The notes: generated from the sequence alone by a model not told the origin. A DNA stretch of 64,000 nucleotides from an uncultured Gammaproteobacteria bacterium (GCA_964432675.1 CAYSOG010000002.1:6975-70974), one strand, 5' to 3'. Shown: positions 9,860-19,940, counted from the first letter of the stretch. Made by a program: numbers and translations.

Positions 9860-9933
9860 TGGACCCGACAGGATTCGAACCTGTGACCTCCGCAATGTCA
9901 ATGCGACGCTCTAACCAACTGAGCTACGAGTCC
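9860..9933 (-). tRNA. tRNA-Val(GAC), CCA not encoded
   Basis: Reverse complement GGACTCGTAGCTCAGTTGGTTAGAGCGTCGCATTGACATTGCGGAGGTCACAGGTTCGAATCCTGTCGGGTCCA folds as a cloverleaf; anticodon loop TTGACAT. Confidence 0.95.
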
Positions 9934-10049
9934 GTACCGACTATTTTACCTGAAATTGTTTATATAGACAATCTCCTTACATCAATTGTAAATCTAGAAA
10001 ACTTACAGTATAATGCACACGCATTCGCACTTTTGAGAAAAGAGGAAAA

Positions 10050-10394
10050 ATGAGCATCCATGATATCCCGTCTCAAAGAACGGCATGGCTTCAGCACCTA
10101 TCCTCATTAAATGGAAAAGTGAATGATGATCTTATCGCTGTGGCAGTATCTCATATTGAGAATAATGGTATCGGAGATTCACCACCAGCCATACGGGAAG
10201 GCCTGAATGGCAGATATGATTTATTAGGCTACATAATAGGGGAAAGATTTATTCAACTTGATCTTAAAGAACTGCTTACCATTTGTCGGTTAACCCGTGA
10301 AGAATTAGGCCTGTTCTTAATTGGTGCTACGCAAAGTAGTATCGGATATCGACGACTTTACGATCCTGATGCCCAACCAATAGCCCCCGCCTAA
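10050..10394 (+). CDS. Hypothetical protein
   Basis: 114-aa ORF with GAGG SD, TATAAT upstream and terminator at 10382-10413. Confidence 0.65.
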   Translation: MSIHDIPSQRTAWLQHLSSLNGKVNDDLIAVAVSHIENNGIGDSPPAIREGLNGRYDLLGYIIGERFIQLDLKELLTICRLTREELGLFLIGATQSSIGYRRLYDPDAQPIAPA

Positions 10395-10449
10395 CCTAGG
10401 CTGGGGCTTTTTTCTTGACGTTTTTCTGTTTTCCTCTTAGTATAAATTT

Positions 10450-10695
10450 ATGGGCTTTTCGACGGATAATTATGACAATATATACCGCGGTCGCAAGCGA
10501 ATGATGCTCAACAACTTTTTAGGCGGCATTGCTTGGAGCTTTGGCACGTTGATTGGCGGTATTATCATCTTTACCATCATTGGCTTAATTTTAAAGCGTG
10601 TTGACCTGGTGCCAATCATCGGTGCTTGGTTACGCGATATCTTACAAGAAACCTTCAAAAACCAACCAGTTGTTAAAGGTATCAATATCCACTAA
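10450..10695 (+). CDS. DUF5665-like small membrane protein
   Basis: NFLGGIAWSFGTLIGG..VPIIG.W pattern; TTGACG-17-TAGTAT promoter ending 6 nt before ATG. Confidence 0.75.
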   Translation: MGFSTDNYDNIYRGRKRMMLNNFLGGIAWSFGTLIGGIIIFTIIGLILKRVDLVPIIGAWLRDILQETFKNQPVVKGINIH

Positions 10696-10792
10696 ATTTG
10701 CCGGTATTCGCCAACAAAAAGCATTACTTTTTCGTCTTGACCGTTTTTCCCTTTTCCCAGTACAATTGTGCCAATATTACTGTACGAATACT

Positions 10793-11344
10793 ATGACATC
10801 GGAACGGGATAATCCTATCAATCCTATTTCTCTTAATGAGCCGGCAGTCAGTGAGCCAGAAGACACCAATGAACCAAGTCGGTATGCCCAATTCGACCAG
10901 GCAGTCGACGATTTAGTCGCATATTACCAGGAACTTGCAGTTGAGCATATACCGGTGACTGACCTGTCAGACCTCATCTCAATTGGGCAAGTGCAATACC
11001 AGCAGCGGAATGGTGAGGCAGAAGATGTATTCCAAAGCGTTGGCCTTAAGCTAAATATGCATCGTTATAAGATCAATAAATTCTATGAAAATGCTGCAAA
11101 ATTTGCGTTATTCAACCTTGCAGTAATGCCACGCAATGGAAAAAAAGCCAGACAGTTGCACCTGGCAAGCACCGACCTAAAACCATCATTACGCGCCTTG
11201 TTCGTTTTCAACGAATGGGATGAAAATCCACCACTTGCACGGCAGTTGCGGAAAGGCAAAGGTCACAGTAGTTTGCAAAATGAAGATTTTCAGACACTGC
11301 TGTTGCTTGCGCAACAAAAATTTGAGCCAAAACCCTACGAGTAA
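10793..11344 (+). CDS. Hypothetical protein
   Basis: ORF 10598..11344; first plausible non-overlapping ATG is 10793 (MTSERDN). Confidence 0.6.
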   Translation: MTSERDNPINPISLNEPAVSEPEDTNEPSRYAQFDQAVDDLVAYYQELAVEHIPVTDLSDLISIGQVQYQQRNGEAEDVFQSVGLKLNMHRYKINKFYENAAKFALFNLAVMPRNGKKARQLHLASTDLKPSLRALFVFNEWDENPPLARQLRKGKGHSSLQNEDFQTLLLLAQQKFEPKPYE

Positions 11345-11399
11345 TACTGCAACCATAATTCCTTCACATTCCTTAAAACTTCTGGTATTATTAGCACTA

Positions 11400-12698
11400 A
11401 TGGAAAACCAGGAACTTAAAGACCACAAACAAATCGGCCAAGAACTTGAGCTATATTTTACAAATGAGGTAGCGCCAGGTTCACCATTTTGGCTGCCTCG
11501 CGGCATGGTTATTTTTAAGGAACTTGAAAAGTTCATCCGCGAGCTCACTGAAAAAGCCGGTTACCTCGAAACTTCCACACCGATTATGGTCAAGTCAGAA
11601 CTTTTTAAGCAGTCAGGCCATTGGGTTAAATTTGGCGAACATAACATGTATAACTTGCCAATTTACGAAGATGAAGAATTGGACGAAATCACCAAAAATA
11701 AGGAAAAAGCTGTTAAAGAAGGGAAGATTGCTAGTATCGGTGAACTCAGTGTCCCTGTTGCCAATTATTCGTTAAAGCCTATGAATTGTCCGGAATCGAC
11801 TATCCTTTACCGGTTCCGCAATAGAAGTTATCGGGAATTGCCATTGCGCCTTGCGGAAATAGGCCGCTTACATCGAAGGGAAAAATCTGGAGAGGTAAAT
11901 GGCCTTCTTAGAGTCCGTCAGATAACCATGGATGACGCCCATATTTTTGCAACCGAGGACCAAATTCAAGGTGAAGTAGCAAATATTTTACAAATGATGA
12001 TTGATTTTTATAAGAGCTTTAACTTCGAGTATGAATTTCGTCTGGCTACAAAGCCAGAACAATACGCCGGCACCGACGAAAATTGGTCAAGGGCAGAAAA
12101 AGCCCTAGAGGAAGCATTAAATGCGAAAAATTTAAAACATTCTACGAAAGATAAAGATGGCGCATTTTATGGTCCGAAAATCGATTTACATATAAAAGAC
12201 GCCCTCGGTCGTGAGTGGCAATTAGCGACAGTCCAATTAGACTTTCACCAACCTGAAGCTTTTGACTTAAGCTACGTTGACGAAACAGGCAAAAAACAGC
12301 GGCCGGTTATGATCCATCGGGCGATATTTGGTTCATTTGAGCGGTTTATTGCCATTCTAACCGAAAATTTCCAAGGCGCATTCCCGACATGGCTTGCTCC
12401 AGTCCAAACAGTTGTTATTCCAATTTCCGATAAACACGCCGATTACGCCGAAAGGGTCCAAAAACAGCTCACTGATGCCGGTGTTCGCGCAGAAGTCGAC
12501 AGTAGAAGTGAAACCATGCAAAATAAAATCCGTACCGCGAGCCAACAAAAAATCCCTTACCAATTAGTAGTGGGGGACAGAGAAGTCGAAGCCAAAGCCA
12601 TTGCCGTTCGTACCCGTGAAGGGAAAGACTTAGGCCAAATGGCTTTAGAAAAATTCATTGAAAAACTACAGCAAGAAATTTCATCACGAAGCTTATAG
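11400..12698 (+). CDS. thrS: Threonine--tRNA ligase, short form without N-terminal TGS/editing domains
   Basis: DHKQIGQELEL start, SGHW, LKPMNCP, GLLRVR, DDAHIF, GAFYGPKID, HRAIFGSFERF and anticodon-binding domain. Confidence 0.96.
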   Translation: MENQELKDHKQIGQELELYFTNEVAPGSPFWLPRGMVIFKELEKFIRELTEKAGYLETSTPIMVKSELFKQSGHWVKFGEHNMYNLPIYEDEELDEITKNKEKAVKEGKIASIGELSVPVANYSLKPMNCPESTILYRFRNRSYRELPLRLAEIGRLHRREKSGEVNGLLRVRQITMDDAHIFATEDQIQGEVANILQMMIDFYKSFNFEYEFRLATKPEQYAGTDENWSRAEKALEEALNAKNLKHSTKDKDGAFYGPKIDLHIKDALGREWQLATVQLDFHQPEAFDLSYVDETGKKQRPVMIHRAIFGSFERFIAILTENFQGAFPTWLAPVQTVVIPISDKHADYAERVQKQLTDAGVRAEVDSRSETMQNKIRTASQQKIPYQLVVGDREVEAKAIAVRTREGKDLGQMALEKFIEKLQQEISSRSL

Positions 12699-12817
12699 AG
12701 TGGCAACATAAGTCCCATCTGACCTATGCGTCATATAAGACATATTCACGCTTGTATTTCACCTCTGTTATCTGGTAAAATGGCAATAATAATAAGTTTT
12801 TTGTAGGAGTCTTCGAC

Positions 12818-13327
12818 ATTCCAAAGTTCTATCGCTTAAATTATCAAATACGTGCTGCTAACTTACGGGTAATTGGCCCGGAAGGGAAGCAATTGGGCAT
12901 TTTGTCTATTAACGATGCCTTAGCTAAGGCGAAAGAGCTTGAACTGGATTTAGTAGAGGTCGGGCCAAATGCAGACCCACCGGTAGCGAAAATCATCGAT
13001 TACAAGAAATTTAAATACGAAAAATCAAAAGCTGAACGCGAAGCCCGAAAAAAGACGCACGAAACGGAAGTTAAAGAATTCAAAGTTGGCCCTTTTATAG
13101 GTAAAAATGACCTTCACATGCGCATCGAGCGCATGCGGCAGTTTTTAGACAACAAAGACAGGGTAAAGCTGCTAGTCAATTTTCCTGGGCGTTCAATTAC
13201 GCACATGGAACTCGGCTACGACAAGATTAATGAGGTTGTAAAGGCGCTTGAAGAACAAGGCAAACCCGAAGCGGCACCGAGAAGGGAAGGACGTAACCTA
13301 GTTGTCCACTTTGTGCCATTAAAATAA
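12818..13327 (+). CDS. infC: Translation initiation factor IF-3 with ATT start codon
   Basis: AGGAG SD at 12805-12809, then in-frame ATT at 12818 (PKFYRLNYQIRAANLRVIGPEGKQLG); LDLVEV..PPVAKIIDY motif. Confidence 0.95.
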   Translation: MPKFYRLNYQIRAANLRVIGPEGKQLGILSINDALAKAKELELDLVEVGPNADPPVAKIIDYKKFKYEKSKAEREARKKTHETEVKEFKVGPFIGKNDLHMRIERMRQFLDNKDRVKLLVNFPGRSITHMELGYDKINEVVKALEEQGKPEAAPRREGRNLVVHFVPLK

Positions 13328-13358
13328 AGAAAAGAATAGTGTCGTGACACTTACATGC

Positions 13359-13434
13359 TTCGAGCAATTAGGGAGAAGTTCCTCGATGTACAAGTATTAT
13401 CTATGGTAGTTCTCGCTAATCACTCGAACAATAA
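13359..13434. repeat. REP-like palindromic element, copy 1
   Basis: Imperfect hairpin; 13406-13434 is the exact reverse complement of 33649-33677. Confidence 0.75.
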
Positions 13435-13447
13435 AAATTAGACTTGT

Positions 13448-13645
13448 ATGCCAAAAACAAAGAATAAAAAAGCGATTGTAAAACGTGTCAAAATTACCTC
13501 AAGTGGTAAGATAATGCGACGCAATCAATTAATGAACCATTTGAAAAATAGTAAAAGTGCGGCTCGCGTTAGGCGCCAGCAAGAGCCAAAACAGCTCGAC
13601 GGTGTCGACCTAAAGCGCGTCAAGCACCTACTGCCATATAGCTAA
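13448..13645 (+). CDS. rpmI: 50S ribosomal protein L35
   Basis: MPKTKNKKAIVKRVKITSSGKI; position between infC and rplT. Confidence 0.93.
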   Translation: MPKTKNKKAIVKRVKITSSGKIMRRNQLMNHLKNSKSAARVRRQQEPKQLDGVDLKRVKHLLPYS

Positions 13646-13716
13646 ACTCATGAAGCACGAATCTTGTAACATATAGCATTTAAAATACAAAAAAGTTTCA
13701 AGTATAAGATAAAAGT

Positions 13717-14058
13717 ATGAGAGTTAAAACTGGAATAGTCCGCCACGCGAAACACAAAAGAGTCCTTGCAAAAACCAAGGGTTATTGGGGCTCGCGGTCA
13801 AAAACAATCAAGTCTGCGAAAGAAAGCATGTTCCACTCTGGCGAGTACGCCTTCGCTGGCCGCAAACGCAAAAAGCGCGACTTTCGCAAAAGCTGGATTA
13901 TAAACATCAACGCGGCTTTAACGCCGACTGGTATGTCCTATTCCAAATTCATCCATGCACTTAAGGATAAAAATATTGAACTAAACCGCAAAACTTTAGC
14001 CGATCTAGCCCAAAACGACCCCAAAGCTTTCCAAAATATCGTTTCTTCTGTAAAATAA
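13717..14058 (+). CDS. rplT: 50S ribosomal protein L20
   Basis: MRVKTG..KGYWG..RKRKKRDFRKSWIININAA..YSKFI..LNRKTLADLA. Confidence 0.97.
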   Translation: MRVKTGIVRHAKHKRVLAKTKGYWGSRSKTIKSAKESMFHSGEYAFAGRKRKKRDFRKSWIININAALTPTGMSYSKFIHALKDKNIELNRKTLADLAQNDPKAFQNIVSSVK

Positions 14059-14125
14059 TCCGCCATAAGCCCCTATTACAAAGCAGGGCTTTTCTTTATA
14101 ATTTTTCTGCTGTACAATAACGCGC

Positions 14126-15280
14126 ATGGCAAATTTTGAACGCATAACCCCACAAACTACAACGCTTTTTAGCAATGAAGACAAAGAAATTATGAACGAT
14201 TTTCGTCGACTTGACGCAGTCGAATCGGGCGAAGAACCACTGCCACTTTTACAGGAACCATTTGTGCTACAGTTTGCGAGGCTGTTAGCAACGTCGCATG
14301 ATCCGAGTGAACTTGTTCAATTCTGTGAACAAGACTATCCAGCCTACTATCAACAAGCAGGAGAATTTTTGTCACAAGCATCCCAAACTGCAAAAGATCG
14401 AGTGCATAAAGATCCACAATCGCATCAATCCCAAAACTTGTTACTTGAACGTTATAGCAGAATGCTCACCAGGCTTGACCGTGAACTTGCGGTGCCCCAA
14501 AATCTCCACCTGTTGGTTACATTTCGTAATGACCATATAGCAACTGATAAAAGTGAAGAAAAAGAAGCAAAAGTAGTGGAAGAATTTTATCAAGATTTAT
14601 CTTCAATATTCAGACCAAGCCAAAAAAATATACTTATAATAGAAGAACGATTTGAATGGCCAAAGTATCGCAAGAAATTTTACCAGGCAAGAGAGCAAAC
14701 TGGTTCATACGTTGCTGCTGGGATCGCACTAAGCCAGCTGTTAGATAGTCAATACTATTTCAATCCTTTTCTAGCGCCGCTTGACCGGTTTGACCAATCA
14801 TACGAAGTCAAAGTCGAATTTATGCAATCACCGGGGGAACAAGCGGCTGGTGACCAAATGCTGCGCATAGCCCAAGCTAAAACATTGCATGCCTTTAAGC
14901 AGGCCTGCATTAACGCAGAAAAGCTAAATGAACGTCGAGTTTCAACGATTGCAAATATGATTAACAAAGAAGTACAAGAAACCGAAGGCGAAACAAATAT
15001 CGTTTATTTACTGCCGACAAAGGACATGGGTATCGAACGCGTACTACATCCACGTCTTAAACCAATAACAACATATCTAAACCGGAAATCTATGTTCGAA
15101 GAAAACTCAGTGTATTACATCTCGGATATTGCTTATAATAACCCGGACAACACTGATGACATAGCGTGGCAAAAAGCTTATGATACCTTTCTTAAAATTC
15201 GCACAGGGCTGACAGCATATTTTCGTCAATTTGCTGAAATGTACGATGAGCTTGATATGTTTTATCGATCTGGCTTCTAA
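14126..15280 (+). CDS. Hypothetical protein
   Basis: 384-aa ORF; TACAAT ending 7 nt before ATG. Confidence 0.7.
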   Translation: MANFERITPQTTTLFSNEDKEIMNDFRRLDAVESGEEPLPLLQEPFVLQFARLLATSHDPSELVQFCEQDYPAYYQQAGEFLSQASQTAKDRVHKDPQSHQSQNLLLERYSRMLTRLDRELAVPQNLHLLVTFRNDHIATDKSEEKEAKVVEEFYQDLSSIFRPSQKNILIIEERFEWPKYRKKFYQAREQTGSYVAAGIALSQLLDSQYYFNPFLAPLDRFDQSYEVKVEFMQSPGEQAAGDQMLRIAQAKTLHAFKQACINAEKLNERRVSTIANMINKEVQETEGETNIVYLLPTKDMGIERVLHPRLKPITTYLNRKSMFEENSVYYISDIAYNNPDNTDDIAWQKAYDTFLKIRTGLTAYFRQFAEMYDELDMFYRSGF

Positions 15281-15358
15281 ACCCCTCAGTTTACAATTGT
15301 ACTATAAGCTTGTAAAATACCCATTGCACGTTAAAATGTTCTGCTAGGGGAGTAGGCA

Positions 15359-15847
15359 ATGGCAAGCGTTGTACTTTGCATCACACAGGAAAGTGAAAAA
15401 TTTGGTACATCTATACCGGAAGAAGCGCTCGGCCTCCTGCATTGGTTCTTCCCGAGACTTTCAATTTCCTATCATGACGAGCATGTAGGTCATATCGGCT
15501 ATGATTGTTTGCACCCGCGCCTTGTTGGGGATAAACCTGTTATTGAAGAAGCATTATCATGGCTAAAAAAGCAACGATGTGAATTTGATGACGACATAGA
15601 ACTCACCGACTATAAAGTATCAAAGACCGATTTTGAAGAACAAGTTCTCATTGAGACTAAAGCACTTTTTACACTGCTTGGTATGCCCTCGATCACAGAA
15701 CAACTCGAAGAAAGACTTTCTGATACGAAAGAAGCCAGTACTGTTCAGTTAGAAACCGAGTCGTTTGTCCAAAAGCTACATGAACTTGGTGTCTGGGAAA
15801 ATCTCTTAGCTTTTACACCTACAGATCAAATTCAACTCCGTAATTAG
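15359..15847 (+). CDS. Hypothetical protein
   Basis: 162-aa ORF with GGGAG SD and promoter upstream. Confidence 0.65.
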   Translation: MASVVLCITQESEKFGTSIPEEALGLLHWFFPRLSISYHDEHVGHIGYDCLHPRLVGDKPVIEEALSWLKKQRCEFDDDIELTDYKVSKTDFEEQVLIETKALFTLLGMPSITEQLEERLSDTKEASTVQLETESFVQKLHELGVWENLLAFTPTDQIQLRN

Positions 15848-15865
15848 GTATATTGTAAAGGAGAA

Positions 15866-16213
15866 ATGGGCTTGAATTTTCCATTGGTTCCAGCGCCACC
15901 GATTTTTGGCTCTGATCATGAATTAGTAATGGAATTAGTATTACTCGGAGGAGTAATTATTGCGGTGTGGTTCTTATCTGGATGGCTTGTATCATATGCA
16001 CTTATTCCGTTACTTGAAGGTCGGCGATTAGAAAATATGTCGCAAGCAAAATTAGGCATTGCAGGTCTTATTTTTGCAGCCACCGGACTGGTATTTGGTG
16101 CATGGACCTTATTCCTCATCTTGCCAGCAGTTGGAGTATATACTTTATATCTCTTTGTCAAAATAATGCAATTTGTACTGCACCCTTTTCCAAGGCGAGA
16201 TAGGCATTGTTAA
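15866..16213 (+). CDS. Hypothetical membrane protein
   Basis: 2-3 hydrophobic helices; AAGGAG SD; terminator at 16219-16249. Confidence 0.65.
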   Translation: MGLNFPLVPAPPIFGSDHELVMELVLLGGVIIAVWFLSGWLVSYALIPLLEGRRLENMSQAKLGIAGLIFAATGLVFGAWTLFLILPAVGVYTLYLFVKIMQFVLHPFPRRDRHC

Positions 16214-16218
16214 TTTTT

Positions 16219-16249
16219 GGCCTCGGATTTATCCGAGGCCTTCTTTTTT
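16219..16249 (+). terminator. Intrinsic terminator
   Basis: GGCCTCGGAT..ATCCGAGGCC perfect stem plus T-tract. Confidence 0.8.
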
Positions 16250-16315
16250 GCTTTTTAAAGCATAAAAAACCCACCTTACTAAAAGCAAGGTGGGAAAGAA
16301 TAGTTACAGAATATC

Positions 16316-17095
16316 TTAGAAACGCAATAATAATTTTACTGCCAGTGTAATAATAACCAGCAATGTAGTGATAATGCTCAAAACAAGCATCCCACATATC
16401 GTCAGGTTATATGTGGTATGGATCACTGCTGACCCAACTAACGCTGCCTGTTGCGACTTTGTCCGTTTAAAATAATACAGATAGCAGATCATTAACCCAG
16501 CGCCACCGGCGCACAGTGCAAGTGATGCTCCAAGAGGAACAATAAGCATCGAGAGGTGTATAAGGCCAAATGAAATACAACTTTTAACCTTTTGTACAAG
16601 TGTCCAATTTTCACAGCCTGCCCGGAAAAGAATTTCTTCACGCATGGCGAACTTTGGCAAATTTCTTCCCACAAATAATGGGTTGCCAATAACGCTTAAG
16701 ATATAATCCTTATAAGTAAGAAGTAGGAAAACTTCAGCGTAAAGCAAATATCTTTCCAGGTGAAGGCGTCGATGGACAGCAAGCCCAAGCAGAAAATTAA
16801 CACCAGAAGATGTGCCAGTTAAAATACTGTATTGCATGAATGGGATTTTAGCAACCAAATACCAAAGCCCAATGACTATTGCTACGAGCAAAATGCAAAC
16901 GAGCACGTGCCTCTTTTTAAAACTTGCCCGATAGTCTGGCCAGGAAAGCTCGGCAGATGGCAAACTTCGGTCTGGCAATAAACGCAAAAAGAAATCTTGG
17001 TACACTTTTTGCAGCTTCCCAAGCTGCTTTGCTATTCGGTAATCAGGCCGAAGTTGCTGCAAATCCTTACCTCTATCTGAATTGTGTATGTGCAA
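16316..17095 (-). CDS. CPBP/Abi family intramembrane glutamic endopeptidase-like protein
   Basis: EEILFR, FGLIH and HTTYN motifs within TM segments; start uncertain. Confidence 0.8.
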   Translation of the reverse strand: MHIHNSDRGKDLQQLRPDYRIAKQLGKLQKVYQDFFLRLLPDRSLPSAELSWPDYRASFKKRHVLVCILLVAIVIGLWYLVAKIPFMQYSILTGTSSGVNFLLGLAVHRRLHLERYLLYAEVFLLLTYKDYILSVIGNPLFVGRNLPKFAMREEILFRAGCENWTLVQKVKSCISFGLIHLSMLIVPLGASLALCAGGAGLMICYLYYFKRTKSQQAALVGSAVIHTTYNLTICGMLVLSIITTLLVIITLAVKLLLRF

Positions 17096-17229
17096 TGTGC
17101 CTTAAAGCCAATGAAGTATAACAAAATGAGCAAATACTTTCAAGGTCGCCGCAAAGTCAAAATAGATGAAGCTGTAATTTATTGCTTGCTAAATAAGCAA
17201 AAATACTTTATCATTTTTTACAGGATACC

Positions 17230-18033
17230 ATGAGAAAAGAGCATCTTATTTCCATTGTTGTGTTAGCAATTTTATTGGTTGCGGTTGCGCTCTACGTCGT
17301 ACGGTATGCAAGCCGGCAAAACCGCATGGCGCAAACAACACAATCCACGGCAAGTGCAACGCAAACAGGCATTCAATCAACACAAGCTACCTTAAACCAA
17401 GCAGACAACACCGGCAAGTATAAGGTTGCCATTGTATATCCACAATTTTCTGGTTTTACCAATAGCCAAACCCAAGACCAAGTTAATAATTCGATCAAGG
17501 CCTTAATGCAAAGCCAAGCAGATGCCTTTATTAAAGGCGTTAATGCAACACAGCAAAGTTCGTCCATGCCGCAATTTATGCGCGATGCCCAAAGCGAATT
17601 CACAACGCAATATACTGTAGCCCAGGCTTCTAACAAGGTAATCTCTGTAGTATTTACTGTATTTAATAGTACGGCCGGCATGGCGCACCCTGATACAACG
17701 TACCTTACCTTTAATTACGATGTTGCCGCAAATAAGCAGTTACAATTGGCTGATGTTTTTAAGCCTGGATCAAATTATTTACAAACTATTTCCAGTATGG
17801 CCCAGAAACAATTGTTAGACCAACAAAAAGACAATCCAAATGCTAAGGCGTTAGTTGACCAAGGCACTACTGCTAAAGCCGATAATTTTGCTCTTTTTAG
17901 CCTTGAACCCACAAATCTTGTGCTGCTCTTTAACCCAGCGCAAGTCGCGCCTCGAGTAAACGGCCCAATGAAAGTAACAATACCGTATAAAGATATTGCT
18001 ACTATTACAAACCAAAACCTCGTATCGCAATAA
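17230..18033 (+). CDS. DUF3298/DUF4163 (RsiV/PdaC-like) membrane-anchored protein
   Basis: YPQF..., GMAHP, TFNYDV..L.LADVF, FNPAQVAP..G..V.IPY. Confidence 0.85.
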   Translation: MRKEHLISIVVLAILLVAVALYVVRYASRQNRMAQTTQSTASATQTGIQSTQATLNQADNTGKYKVAIVYPQFSGFTNSQTQDQVNNSIKALMQSQADAFIKGVNATQQSSSMPQFMRDAQSEFTTQYTVAQASNKVISVVFTVFNSTAGMAHPDTTYLTFNYDVAANKQLQLADVFKPGSNYLQTISSMAQKQLLDQQKDNPNAKALVDQGTTAKADNFALFSLEPTNLVLLFNPAQVAPRVNGPMKVTIPYKDIATITNQNLVSQ

Positions 18034-18139
18034 ACTACCTTCTCTTTATCTTCAAGCTAAATTAATACTTTTCTAAGACTAAAATGCCTAAAATAATGGC
18101 GTTAACTAACGTTCTCATAACTTAGGAGGTGGTAAACAT

Positions 18140-18355
18140 ATGGCAAGGAAACAGTCAGCAAGAACCAGGGGTGTTGCTCAGCGCATCAAAGGCAAAGCCC
18201 AAAAACTAAAAGGCAAAGTCGAGAAAAATATGGGCCATCCAGTACAAGGAACTTTTGACGAGGTAAAAGGGACGTTTAACGACACCGTTGGCAAAATAAG
18301 GCAAGACCACGAAAGTGACACTGATAGCGAAGGTATTTACGAAGATACCTGGTAG
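18140..18355 (+). CDS. CsbD-family small protein
   Basis: IKGKAQKLKGKVEK..G..DEVKG..VGK; AGGAGGT SD. Confidence 0.75.
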   Translation: MARKQSARTRGVAQRIKGKAQKLKGKVEKNMGHPVQGTFDEVKGTFNDTVGKIRQDHESDTDSEGIYEDTW

Positions 18356-18373
18356 TGTCATTTTTGCAAAAGA

Positions 18374-18405
18374 AAAACAGAGCAGGAAAATGCCTGCTCT
18401 GTTTT
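18374..18405. terminator. Bidirectional terminator
   Basis: AAAACAGAGCAGG..CCTGCTCTGTTTT perfect inverted repeat between convergent genes. Confidence 0.8.
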
Positions 18406-18424
18406 GATGGTATGACATATAATG

Positions 18425-18790
18425 TCAAGATTGCGCGATCGCCGGTGGTGGCAAGAGTAATGCCATTGAGTTCCAAAGTGCTAGGGTAATTTTATGCACC
18501 TGCTCGAGCGTTACCCATTTGCTTTCGGCAATTTCCGCTGGATGAAAGGAGCGTCTGACCAGTTCTTCTACAACAGCCTGCGTGATCGGCTGGATTAGTG
18601 CAAATATTTCCTCTTCAGCCTTAAGCGCTAAAAAGCGCCTGGCATATTCAGTATATTCGTCGGGATTGCAGTCCTCACCAAAGTAAATCTGCAGCGGGTC
18701 AACGGAGTTATAGGCATCGAGTACAATGCGCGCCTGTTGGCCATAGTCCTCAATAAGTTTATAGACTTTCGTCCACGGGCTATACACCAT
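18425..18790 (-). CDS. Hypothetical protein
   Basis: AAGGAGG SD; 121 aa; DPL.I..N.DEY motif. Confidence 0.7.
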   Translation of the reverse strand: MVYSPWTKVYKLIEDYGQQARIVLDAYNSVDPLQIYFGEDCNPDEYTEYARRFLALKAEEEIFALIQPITQAVVEELVRRSFHPAEIAESKWVTLEQVHKITLALWNSMALLLPPPAIAQS

Positions 18791-18960
18791 GCTTTTCCTC
18801 CTTGCGATTTTGTCGGTGCAAGCTCATTTATCCGCAAAATGAGCGGCTGGCACGTTTCCGTATCGCGACAGTACTGCTATTTTATCACTGGACAGAATTA
18901 TTATCAACCTATAGTTATTCTCATTTCAATGGCGAATTCAAATAAAGCGAGGTGAGAAGT

Positions 18961-19788
18961 TTAGTCAAAAACAAGATAGTCTTTTTGGCCGTTTAAAATA
19001 TTGCGGCTATCCCAATCATGGATCGAGGCAAATAACCCTTGGTAGGTGTATTGAAAACTATTGCCTTGGCGAATGCCAACATCGTTGGTAATAAAGATGC
19101 CGGGAACCATACTGCAGCTTACAGTATCTATACTACGGCATTTTTTAGGGTCAATCACTGCTTTATCATCGTAGCCTTTAATAACCAGCATGTGGTAATT
19201 TGGCCCACCGTTTTTAAAATAGGGGTTTGGGAGGATTTTACCGGCAGCACCAACAATCACCGGGTGACTTTTGGCAATTTCTTGCTTTATTGTAGCGATT
19301 GTTGCGTTTTGGACAACATGACCGTTTAATCCATAATACTGTTTGGCAATATCCGCTAATTGCTGCAAGGTGATACTTAATCCATAGCCATTTTTTGTTT
19401 CAAATGAAATAAGATTTTGAATTTCATTTTCTCCATCATCAAGGTTTGCTGGAACTTTTCCCTGCAAAAAGTAGACTACATTCAAAAGGCTTGCTTCCTC
19501 ACAAGCATCTTCATGCAACGCATCCCAGTTTGCGTGCGGGGCTTGAACTAAGAAAGGAACATTGAGTGTTTTCGCTGCTAATATGGCTGATGACGTCGCG
19601 ACAGAATGTGGCGTCGGTTTTAAAATGGCGGAAGGAACAGATTGTTGGGTAGGGGAGGGGATTGGCGTTGTGCGAACGATAGGTGGTAGCTTCTGTGTCG
19701 CACGCTGAGCTGCCTGTTCTGGTAATACAACTTTCAAAATAACGATAACGTCAAGCAGGGCGATAATAGCAATAATAATTTTACGCAT
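18961..19788 (-). CDS. C39-like cysteine peptidase, membrane-anchored
   Basis: TM and P/T/S linker, then VPFLVQAP..W..ACEEAS (Cys), YHMLVIKGYD (His), FITND (Asp). Confidence 0.82.
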   Translation of the reverse strand: MRKIIIAIIALLDVIVILKVVLPEQAAQRATQKLPPIVRTTPIPSPTQQSVPSAILKPTPHSVATSSAILAAKTLNVPFLVQAPHANWDALHEDACEEASLLNVVYFLQGKVPANLDDGENEIQNLISFETKNGYGLSITLQQLADIAKQYYGLNGHVVQNATIATIKQEIAKSHPVIVGAAGKILPNPYFKNGGPNYHMLVIKGYDDKAVIDPKKCRSIDTVSCSMVPGIFITNDVGIRQGNSFQYTYQGLFASIHDWDSRNILNGQKDYLVFD

Positions 19789-19940
19789 ATGTTTGCCCAA
19801 ACGTTTTGGCATACGTATTATCCTACCATACCTAGACAGCATCTATAATTATCTGATAAGATTTGGCAAGAAGGAACGGTTTGGCAATCTGTGCTTTGCG
19901 AGCTAATCCGTGGTTTTTACCTTAAATATTGCATAAATTT

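Noticed and set aside
9859-10053. 64-aa ORF MDPTGFEPVTS
   Set aside because: Antisense shadow of tRNA-Val
11220-11399. Possible N-terminal extension of ThrRS
   Set aside because: Overlaps the upstream gene and shows no TGS or editing motifs
19843-19940. T-box leader before pheS (also checked before thrS and tyrS)
   Set aside because: Intergenic spaces are too short and lack the T-box consensus
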